DNA of 64,000 nt from Macrostomum lignano (lineage: Eukaryota), in contig NIVC01000650.1 of the NCBI GenBank assembly GCA_002269645.1, forward strand, positions 193,984-257,983, read 5' to 3'. Shown piece by piece: positions 21,247 through 31,718 of the stretch. The position numbers were made by a program, and so were the translations under genes. A model generated the notes under the pieces. It ran no database searches and was not told where the DNA came from. It was given only the letters and a program-made list of their open reading frames with translations. Positions within the stretch are counted from its first letter, which is position 1. Every line of letters starts with the position of its first letter.

Positions 21247-23019
21247 TTATCCCGAAAACGTCTCGTTGGCACACAAGCTCGACGAGGTCTCAGCCCACTC
21301 AGGGAGTTCGTGTACGTTGTACACCCAACGACCCACTAGCATCGTGTAGAACGGCACAATAGTTGAGAAAACCAGATTGAGCACGAGCCCGGCCTTGGCC
21401 ATGCTGGGAATGCTGACCCGGCCGCTGCCGAACACGATGGCATTTGGCGGTGTGGCGGTCGGTAGGCAGAACGCGAACGAGCAGGTGACGGTGAGCGAGA
21501 CCATGAACAGCAGCGGATTGTGTCCGAGACAGGCGGCGATCTGGGCTACTATGGGCAGCAGGACGGAGGCGGTGGCCATGTTGGAGGTGACTTCCGTGAG
21601 CCAGATGACGCAGAAGCTGAGCAGCAGCAGCGTCAGCTCGGTGGGCAGCGCCTGCAGTGTGGGAGTTAGGGCGGACCCGATGGTCTCTGACAGCTTGGTG
21701 TCCTTAGTGAGCTTGGCTAGAGCGAGGCCTCCTCCGATGAGCAGCATGATGTCGAGCGGGATCTTGAGCAGGACTCGATCCCACCGAGCGACGGCTCGAT
21801 ATCCCAGACTGTTGGTCGGTCCGTGCTCCTCGGTCAGGTCGGGGTTGGGGATCAGAGTGAGCAGCAAAGCGACCAGCAGCATTCCGGTGGCGTCGGACAC
21901 GACCGGCTTGTCGTTGACGGAGCCGAACAGGTAGTGCCAGCCGAAGCTGGAGGTCAGCTTGCCTGTCAGCAGGAGCAGCAGCACGCAAGGAAAAGCGGCC
22001 ATGGTGGCCCACTCGGCGAACGAAACTGACCCGAGAGCCTCCAGCTGCTGGTGGAAGTAGAGCTTCACCCGAGCCTCCTGTCGCTTCTGTTCGGCCGACT
22101 GCGAGCGCCAGTTAAAGGTGTCACGCGGACCAACAAAAACAAGCTGGAGCAGCAACCAGATGAGCAACAGGCTGAACAGCGACAACGGCAAGCTGAAGGC
22201 CATCCAGTTGGAGAAGGTGACCACATTGGAGACGCGGTAGATCTGCTGGAGTTGTCCAACGAGCACGAGGTTGGTTCCGGTGCCGATCAGAGTGGCCACT
22301 CCGCCTACGTTGCAGGCGTAGGCCACGGAGAGACAGTAGCAGACTGCGTGGCTTCGAGTGTGTGTTTTGTGACGCGTCTTGCCGACAGTGTTGGAGTCCA
22401 GGCCGTCCTCGCACGGCCGCGGAGGCTCTGCAGCGGCGCCTTCGCAGTCAGTCGCTGTAGGGTGCTTTTCTCGCTGGTCGAGCGCGAGCGACTCTCGATC
22501 AGGGGCGTCCTGCAGCTGCTCGGTAGCCTTCTCTGTCTCGGCGATTGCCGCCATCACGAAGGGGAACATGAGGATGGTGGTGCCGGTGTTGCTCATCCAC
22601 ATGGACATGAGCCAGGAGGGCAGCATGAAGCCGAGCAGCAGCCAGCGCGGCCGCGTTCCCAGCAGCGCCACAGTTCGAAGGGCGAACCGACGGCTGAGTC
22701 CTGTGTCCTCCATGGCCACGGACAGCATGACGCCGCCAATCATGAGGAAGTGGATGTCGGTGAAGTAGGACTTGGCGAGCTCATGACAGGTGCCGATGCG
22801 CAGCAGCGGACCGAGGAAGAAGGGCAGCACGGCGGTGAGGCTCAGCGGCAGCAGCTCAAGCACCCAGTAGGTGGCCATCAGCAGCAGTAGGTAGGCGCAG
22901 CGGGCCTTCTCGGAGCCTATCGTCAGCAGTGGCGACAGCAGCACCGGCGCCAGCAGCAGCGGCAGGACTCGCCAGTGCCGTTTGATGGGCTCAGGCAGTT
23001 TTCTGCATGCAAAAGCCAT
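21247..23019 (-). CDS. SLC13: SLC13 (DASS family) transporter, copy B, intronless, 590 aa
   Basis: Protein matches copy A from KRHW to VLNLVFS except one M/I change. N- and C-termini differ. Confidence 0.95.
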   Translation of the reverse strand: MAFACRKLPEPIKRHWRVLPLLLAPVLLSPLLTIGSEKARCAYLLLLMATYWVLELLPLSLTAVLPFFLGPLLRIGTCHELAKSYFTDIHFLMIGGVMLSVAMEDTGLSRRFALRTVALLGTRPRWLLLGFMLPSWLMSMWMSNTGTTILMFPFVMAAIAETEKATEQLQDAPDRESLALDQREKHPTATDCEGAAAEPPRPCEDGLDSNTVGKTRHKTHTRSHAVCYCLSVAYACNVGGVATLIGTGTNLVLVGQLQQIYRVSNVVTFSNWMAFSLPLSLFSLLLIWLLLQLVFVGPRDTFNWRSQSAEQKRQEARVKLYFHQQLEALGSVSFAEWATMAAFPCVLLLLLTGKLTSSFGWHYLFGSVNDKPVVSDATGMLLVALLLTLIPNPDLTEEHGPTNSLGYRAVARWDRVLLKIPLDIMLLIGGGLALAKLTKDTKLSETIGSALTPTLQALPTELTLLLLSFCVIWLTEVTSNMATASVLLPIVAQIAACLGHNPLLFMVSLTVTCSFAFCLPTATPPNAIVFGSGRVSIPSMAKAGLVLNLVFSTIVPFYTMLVGRWVYNVHELPEWAETSSSLCANETFSG

Positions 23020-24216
23020 TGCAGTTACTTTTTGCTAGTAAGTTGTTTACGGCTTTAGACTTACATGTAGTTCTGTTTTTTTGACTGTCTTTGAATCATG
23101 CTTTTACAAATGCAAGGGCTCGATCCATGCATTTTTTAGGAAATCCCTTATCAGAGTTGTACTGTTTGACTGTCAGACATTTTTTGACTGCATTCATTAT
23201 CATTTTGTTGGTGTGGCTTAATTGCATGTATCTACGAGCACACTGTACGCAAGGCGGTGAGGAACTCAATACTTGGCTCTATTTTTTACGCGTATCTGTT
23301 GTGTGTGTTGCACTCTAGTAGCCTGCTTATATGTAGGAGTGCAGTCGGGCTTTTTAGCAGAACTGTGTTTATCTGCCTACAGGCTGCAGGTACGTACATG
23401 CAGATAAATAAAGAGCTTGTAAAAAATGACCGAAATCTGTCATTCAATCTGGGTGCCATTCTGATTTTTAGAATCTATAAAAAGCTCGTATATTGAACTA
23501 ATGTATACGTACATGTAATAACTCGTTGGTGTGGTTCTAATTAATACATAATACCAACATGACTGTACTACATTTATAATACTTTTGCAACGTGCGAGTA
23601 TATTAATACGAGTAGCTAGATCTTCATGTATGAGCGTGCATATATATGTATCTGTTGGCACCAACCGTAGCTTTAACTAGATCATGATCGAATTTCGATC
23701 ACTACTGCAGCATTGGCGTCGTCTTTCTATCATGTTCTTAGCTACGTTTTTAATTATCACGAGGAATAAGTTAGAGAAATTTCTGTCATTTCTGACTCCC
23801 TATCCGCTGCCGACAAGTTGTGAAAATCGATACCTTTATTCCTTTATCTGATAAGCCATTTCTTAGAATATTTATTGATCGACCTATTAGAGTTCTGCTG
23901 AATATCCCGAACCGCCCATGTAATGTTTGCGCACGCCCATGGATAGCTTTTGTTCCAAGTTCAACTAATATATTTCTGAAAGCACATTGCAGAAACGACA
24001 GCTTAATTGTTGTTAGAAACAACTGCGTCAGTGAGTCTTACTGCGAGAATTTGACGCTAGGTTCAAGGAATGTAGCTGCGTGGATGTGAACTTAAGCAGC
24101 ACATTCAGTTCTGAAAATGGATGAACAGTGATGAACAGGATGAACGGATGAACAGGATGAACAGCTCTTCTGATGAAAAGCAAAATTAAGAACGTGAGCG
24201 CTATCATTTTTTTCTA

Positions 24217-24256
24217 TGCGACATGTTTCGCCTCGCGACAGGCATCGTCAGGCTCT
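24217..24256 (-). ncRNA. Minimal hammerhead-ribozyme-like motif (Penelope-type)
   Basis: Minus strand reads gagc-CTGACGA-t-GCCT-gtcgcg-AGGC-GAAA-catg-TC-gca: conserved core, 4-bp stem II, palindromic ACATGT mini stem III, but only ~2 bp of stem I. Confidence 0.5.
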
Positions 24257-25699
24257 TAAAAATTTAGTTACGATTTATTTGTTTATTTATTTATATTTAC
24301 CAATTTAGACAAAAACGCGTTGATAAAAGTCAGAAAATGTATATAAATTAACAGTAGATTGCACAGTCCGATAATAAACAGAAATTTTTCTCCGGGTATA
24401 CGTATAGCATATTCTATGCAAGATTTTTTTAATTTGTAACCGAAACCCAACCTATAACCGAAACTTCCAGTTTTTCTATGAAATACTAATAAACGAAGCT
24501 TCCGCTCAAAGAAACGCCCAGTTTCCGTAAAACGTGTTGGGAGCGATTAGGCTAATCGAAAACAGTTTACCGCTTTCACAATCGCATTTGAGCCTAATGT
24601 GCACCAAGCTTTATTTGATAAAATAATCAATTTGCATCAAAATTAGGATTGTCGGTAAGAAACAGCAGCGGGTAGCGAAAGCATCTAAATGATTCAAAGT
24701 TTTTGTTTTAACCAGATTAAGTTCTTAGAAATACAGCGGTGCGTGATTTAATTTCAATGTCTTTTCATTTCCATTTCGATCCAATTCCAATTCCATGTGT
24801 TATTTTCTTTCTCGCTGAATTAGGACTCCCTGACACTGACCTCACACCAGGAGCTTATTTTAATTTTTCTAATTCCAGGCGTAGCCGAAGTAGAATAGAA
24901 TTTTGTGAATACTATTCATCACAGGTTCACGTTCACAGGACCAATACAATACCATACCAATAGGGCATAGGCTTACTAAAAAATCAGAAGCTTTTGAAAT
25001 TTTCTGTCTAGATTTGTGAGGCCTGTTTTGATTGCCACTTACTGTTTTATTTAAAAAAAGTGTATGTGTATATAACATAGCTATTTCATATTTTTACAAT
25101 CAATTTTCTGCTAAAAGATAGACCTAGCGCCCTAGCCTAAGGCCTAAGCCCTAGGCCTAAGCTAAGGTCTAATATTAGATATATTAGGCCTAGCAAAATG
25201 GCATTTAGGGGCCTGCTATTGATGATTTATGGCCTTGTCATTTGGCTCACTTATTTAAAATAAATACTTTTTTACTTTGGAATAAAGATTTTAAGAAGTT
25301 GACTTAAATCTTAGAGAAATGATAAAGTCCATTTTGGCAAGTTTAATATTCTTGATTTGAAGTTGAAATCCATAGCCTAGGGGCCTAGTCTAGACTCTAG
25401 ATCATGCTGAGTGCATGTCAGAATGCCTCTAACCAGATTTACTAATGCATTCCAATGCCAAGCAGATGCATACCACTATCAAGGGGACAGGGTCCAATAG
25501 GCCTATAGGCCTATACTAGTTTTTTAGGCAAAATTTTAGGTGTACTCCAAGACATATGACTATCATGTAGATGTATATTGTATATCAAAATTTCAAGATT
25601 ATCTTAATTATATGAACTTACTTTTTCATTAGGACAATAATTAAAGACCTTTTTGCATTGCTAAATTTGATATTTATATGTATATTATAATATAATAAG

Positions 25700-26205
25700 C
25701 AGTGTTCCCACTCTGGCACAAATTCGCGCCATGCCCAAAAATGAGGCTGTAGGCCCTATGGCGCAAATGTAGGATTAATAAGATTTGGTGCAAGTCTAAA
25801 AATATGGAAAATTTGCATCTAAATTGTAACCCTTTTCCACATTTTTAGATGCTTTTTTGTATGCTTTTGATGTTAGGAGTTGTTTGTAACAAAATAGACC
25901 ACTTTTTATATACCAATAGAATAACAGAAAGAAAGTGTTAGAAATAAACTATAATGTTTTATAATTGCAGTACTTATTTAGAGAAATTAATAGTCTACTG
26001 CCCATGCTATTATTGCCATTTTTTGACCCATTTTTTGCCAAGTTGTAGTGTTTTATGTTGTCCAAAATTTGAGCTTTTTAATATTCAAATGGGCATCACA
26101 CTGCATTAGAGCCTTTGAGGTAAAGTGATAATGGTGCAAAAAAATCCATGGCGCAAAAATGAACAGCTTGGTGCAAAAAATGAAGGTTGCTGAGTAGGAA
26201 CACAG
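25700..26205. mobile_element. Non-autonomous hAT-type MITE (506 bp)
   Basis: TIRs cagtgttcccactc and gagtaggaacacag match 12/14. Perfect 8-bp TSD ataataag at 25692-25699 and 26206-26213. Subterminal ggcgcaaa/ggtgcaaa repeats. Confidence 0.88.
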
Positions 26206-26538
26206 ATAATAAGTGTTGCATCTATTTCTCCTTTTGAAACAATTTGTAGTTACTAAAAGTTATGATATCAAATATAAATTCTTTTAAATAGGGCCTAGTA
26301 TCATCATATTCATAACTCCCATCATCTCTTGACTTAACTACTATCTTTTTCTATAAAATGTAAATGTTCTATCTTTTATTAGGTCTATAGTAACTGGAAG
26401 ATACTTGTACCTAAAATCTATTTTCAAATAGCTTTGTATTTTTAGTATGCCGAAGACAAATTTCTAAGATTTAAGCATGCCAAATATGCATGCCAAAAAT
26501 AAAAGGCTAATATATACTAGAAAATTCTGGCATAAAAG

Positions 26539-29500
26539 CAGTGTTGCCACAGACTTTCATAAAAAATTAGCACAGGCTTAAAAAATAGTGCAGCACATAT
26601 ACTTCATTAAAATACACTGAAAAAAATTAAGCTGACAAATAATGTCAGAAGTAGTACACTATATTTTCCAATTTACTAGTTTTGTTTATTTTCTTTGCTT
26701 AAAATTTTTTAAAACTACAAGTACCTCACAACTCACAAAGTGCAAAAAGATGAAAGATATATACGATTCCATATTTAAAGTAGTTTCAATGAATATTGAC
26801 TTGCATCATTCATCAATTGACATATGACACATCCTCAAAACTTTACAAGGCACAAAAGATAAAAAAATTGCCCCATTGAATCATTTATCAATAAAGAATA
26901 ATTAATAGTCAGTCACAAAAGTCAAAGCACTTTGCTAATTTACTTTCTAGTTCCTACGCTGCTTCTTCTGATTAACAGCATTACTAGAACTACGACTGGC
27001 GCTCTTTCTCAAAATGCCCTCTTGCTGGTCCACTTGCGCAAGCATCTCCTATGCCTGCTTTCGTATCTCATTGATGTTTTGCTGCTGCCGCACCATATCT
27101 TCTTGCTCTAGCCAATCCCTTTCTGCTGTCTTCTCCCGCTTTGCCACGTCATGCCAGTGCTTATCTAGCTCAGCTTGCAACTTGGCCATTTTCTCATCGT
27201 TCTTCTTTGCACAAGCCGCAAATCCAGCTTCAAGTAGTGTCGGAGTGATCACAACTTCCGACACCTAGCTGACACCAACTGAGAGCTTGAGCCACATCTT
27301 GACAGTCAGCAGCAAATCTAGGGTGACATCGCTGAGCTTGTTGCGCTCTTTAGTCAGGTTGCTTGACACCCACTTCAGAACATGCTCGCTGTTGGCATTG
27401 CCATGTGGAATACAGCAAGCACTCTGGGCAAGCTTATACAAGTCACTAGCGGATATTTCTCAGAAGACAACTGAGACCAGAAATGCTCGGGAATCAAACC
27501 ATCATCAAAATCAGCTTCAGATGAGCTGACCCAAAGGCTTGTTGTCTCAATTTGCAAATTGTCCAGCTGTTCTGGTGGAATGATAGTAGGCATTGCTTTA
27601 GCAGCACACAAAACTGTTTTATCAAAATCAAACTCAACCCCCGTGATTACTTTGGGGTTGAGAAAATACATTGCATGCAGAAGGTGGTTATTGAGTAGCA
27701 AGTAGGAAAACAGCCAATTGATGATCTCTCCGTAAAAGTCTTGGACACTCTTGTAGAATCCCCTTTGTTCTATTGCGGACAACTTTTTGACCGTCTCTCA
27801 AGTAGCACTTCCGATTGCTAACTTCGTGTTCTGCACCTGGGAGCCATGCTCTTTGGCCTTGTTTACCAGGTCAGTTAGGGACCTGGTATCGCAAACAACG
27901 TCTTCGGAGACAAAGCTCATAAGAATTTTGCTACAGAGACTGTCTAGAGTGCTCACCAGCTAATTAACTTGCGTAGCTTTGCACTGAAAGACTTTCTTGA
28001 AAGCTTTGCAGTGCGGAAGAACTTGCTCCAGAAATTGGAGCTGGGCCTTGACCGAGTCATTCAATGCTGACTTAATCCTCTGGGCATGCGCCCGGGACTT
28101 AAGCTTGATTGCCTCAGTGTTCAAGTTGGAGAAGAATTGCAGTAGCACAGGCCACTGCTCCAACAGACGTCGTACAACAGGTAGCACCTGCAGCCAACGA
28201 GTCTCCATGCATCAGAGAAAAATGTGTTGGGCAATGTCCATAGCATCTTGCAGCTAAAATGATAAAAAATATTAAAGTACGTTATCGCTTATCATTCCAG
28301 ATATTGTCTGCCAGCAACAGGCCCACAGCCAGCCCTCTAGTCTAGCCCTCTAAAAAGAAAACTTTTAACGTACCTCCTTTAACTCAGCTTGCTTTTCAGA
28401 AAAGTGAAACAAATGTACACATCATCTATCAGATCTTCCGCTTCACCTTCGCTGTCAAGTGCATGCACAGCATATTGGACAGTGTTGTGGACGTGGTGTA
28501 GGCTACACCCGCCAGTATTAATGAGATGCGTCAGATGATGACTCTTCAGCTTTGCAAGAAGCCCATTTTGAGCACCTGAAAGAAAAGTGTGATAGAGTTA
28601 CTGTACTGCTGTGCGCATTACGTCAGTAGTATTAAAGCATTTAATTATTTATGCTCGTATATTAGCCTACCTCGCATGGCATTGCAGGAATCTGTCATTA
28701 TTGACAGTACATTTGGCAGCGGCAGTTTTGCAGTTTTAAGCAGTGACAAAAGCAGCGTCTTTAGTCCTTCAGCTGATGCATCTCTCAGCTCCTCCAGGCC
28801 AACGAAAGTGAGCAACACCTTATGCTCAATAGAAAAAACCCTGGCCAAAACAACAAGCCAAGATCGATCGCGCACTGTGCCTTCATCCACCAGTATAGAA
28901 AAGGAATTCTGCCGCAGAGTCTGCAGCATAGACTCCTTGGCATATGGAGCAAGCGCCTCATTGATAAGGTAGGTTGCCTTTGTTCACCCACATGTCATTG
29001 ACTTTGCTATGCCACTGTCGGGAAAACTTGTGGGCATCGCAGGCACCAATTTGTCCATTACGCTGATTGACAGATTCTTCTTGACAACTACAAAAAGCAA
29101 CCAAAGACAAGCAGCCAGTGTCAAATCACCAGCCTGTGGAGCTGCTGTTGCTATAATAGTTGATGTGACTGGCGGCTGGCTTGCAAAAAATGATATGATA
29201 GCTGCCTGTGCCTGGCTCCCAGTGGCACTTCCTGGACACAATTTAGAGAGTGAAACATGTTTTGCTATGATTGAGTACTGGTACAGAGCCAAAATGCCTT
29301 TTTGTGTAAATAAAAAGCTTGTCCGGCACAGGTTACAATCTGCTTCTCCAGTGAGCTTCCCCAGAGAGCACCAGCTTTCAATCACTCAACCATTCTTGTT
29401 GAGCTTCTTTAACCACTCAGCATTCCACTGAGTTTCACGCATTTAGTAGGCTTTACAGCTGAAATTATTTAGGTTTTACTTTAATAAAGCAATTGAGCCC

Positions 29501-29840
29501 CACTTATGACCTATCCAAAACCACTTTAACTACTACTAATAAAGGTAACGAAAAAAGAAAATTATTTAAAATGAGACTGAAAACTAACAGAAAGTTGCAA
29601 AACACATTGTTTCGTTAACCAGTGAGCAAAGTAAACTGTCGATTCCTCCATTGTCATATATTCTCTTAACAAAACTTTGCAAGTATATAATTTTGATGAG
29701 AAAATTGTCAGTTACAGTCATACAAAGGAAGAAAAAAATTTTAGCACAGAAGAGACAGAAAAAGTGCAGAAATAGCGCAATAGCGCAGGTACTGTAAAAA
29801 AGCGCAGATCCGCTAAAAAGGTGCAGGTGTGGCAACACTG
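26539..29840 (-). mobile_element. Full-length hAT DNA transposon (3302 bp), decayed
   Basis: Perfect 13-bp TIRs cagtgttgccaca (26539-26551) and tgtggcaacactg (29828-29840). 8-bp TSD cataaaag/catataag (7/8). Internal transposase remnants on the minus strand. Confidence 0.93.
26935..29435 (-). pseudogene. hAT transposase pseudogene with two GT-AG introns
   Basis: N-terminal zinc-finger-like region (QWNAEW...CNLC...KH), FSILVDEG (D1), IMTDSCNAMRG (D2), GGCSLHHVHN (CxxH), METRWL, and dimerisation region FWSQ...KYP...IPHGNANSEH (E). Introns ~28576-28670 and ~28254-28373 join the frames. In-frame stops occur (e.g. TGA before CMETRW, TAG at ~27049) along with frameshifts. Outer limits approximate. 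Confidence 0.88.
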
Positions 29841-31718
29841 CATATAAGATACCTTCCTAACTATAAGATGCATACCAGTATTAAACAAATCAATCACATT
29901 TACACCAATGGACTAGGTAGGATTGTAATAAAAATCAGTGTATAAAAGGCCAAGAGAGGTCTGATATAATTTATTCAGTTAGAATAAACAAAAATATAGA
30001 TCTATATCTAAAAAAATCTATAAGCAATCATGTATGCCATCATATACCATGTATATACACTTGCATGCCAAATTGTGTATGCTAACAATTATATATTTTT
30101 TATTTATATACCATGCATGCTACGGTTTTAGAATTCACCCTAAAAGTTCTAATGTGCACAGTGTAGTATGTATTCTAGAATCATGTGTTAAAATAAAATT
30201 TTTTAACTAATTTACTATTTCATATCTTAATAAAATAATAATCATAATCATAGTGTCAAATTTAGTATATTGTATATCAATAATATTTTAAGCAAAGATG
30301 TCTAGTGTGCATCACATGGGAACAATTTTGGCCAAAGAAAGTCTACATTGAATTTTTTTATAGTAATAGAAATGAACTTTGTTTAAATAGAATTTTTGTA
30401 AGTGCTAAGATTTATTTAGGTGTTTAAATTGAAATTTTGCTAGTTTCTTTTGTAATATCACAAAGAATAAAATAAAATACTTCAAAATAAAAGGTAAAAT
30501 GGTTTAGCAAAAGTAACTTTTGATTAAGTGTACATAGACTTCTTTATTAGGAAGTAAAGACAAGTAAAAGTGCTGAGACAAGGAGACATCTATAGAAAAA
30601 CTTGGAGAAACATATTTTATTAAGTAGTAAAACATTTCCCAGTGGGCTTTAGCTTCATTGCTTTTTGTTCCCCTTTTTGCCAAAAAACATAGATGTGCAT
30701 TCAAGTGTTGCTCAGAGGAATATGATTTTTACCCTTTGGAAAATAAGGCACAATGCATCTAGGATTTATGCACAACTCTCATTGGCTCATGGGTCTAGTG
30801 CAGTCATTTACTGCAACCAGTTACCCATTTATCAACTATCACTTCAAAATTTTGCTAACTTGTTGACTTACTATAAATCTATTGTTAAACTGCTATATTT
30901 TTGTTCATAACTTTAGTTTTCATCATCTGTTTTTAAAATTATTGAAATTAATATGAAGAAATGAGTTGCTATTATAAATTTGTGCAAAATGCATTATTTG
31001 TATCATCAGAATGAGAGATATAATGAAAAGTAACACTATTTTTAGGATAGCCTTTGTAAATGGTTAATTGTTTAAATCAATAAAAAAGTACAATTGTTAA
31101 GTCATTAATAGTTTTGGTTGGCATTAATAAATAAAATAAGAAGGAATAGGACTAAGGCTATTGAAAACTTTATGCCATCCAAAGCAACCTAAAAATCATT
31201 AAAAATTTATTTAATGAAACAATATATTATACATATTAAATATATTAGATTTTTTTGTATATATATGATGATAAATAGAAACAATAAATGATAATACACA
31301 ATGAGAGATATCTGATTTCAATTAGAAGTTGTTGGTAGGCCAAATATCAAAAGGGAGAGTGGGGGTTAAGCAATGGTTCTAAGGAAAGCTTTGATGCCAA
31401 AGCTCACAGGGATGCTGATTTATAGGCTGGACAGCTGACTTTCAGGCCTGTTGCTTTTTGCTTTAAACATTTTTACTTAAGATACTACTAACCTAGTGAT
31501 TGTACAAGGTCAAAACCTTCGTGTAGGTTATTCAAAAAAGTTATCACCTTATTTATTGCCTCTCCAATAGGATGTAGATTGCTAGTTAATTAGCTAATAA
31601 AATTTTAATCATGAATGTACAATTATGTGCATGACCTAGACGTCTACAAACTGAACCAAAATTTCTGATTGCTAGAAATCAGCTTTGCTCATTAATTTAT
31701 AAAGAATAATCCTGTATC

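Noticed and set aside
17292-22890. Duplicated 279-, 224-, 129- and 102-aa ORFs overlapping both SLC13 genes
   Set aside because: Antisense/alternate-frame shadows, duplicated only because the core is duplicated.
29860-31700. AT-rich block with gcatgcc repeats and a possible terminal tagggtgaattc
   Set aside because: No partner TIR, TSD or convincing coding remnant could be identified.
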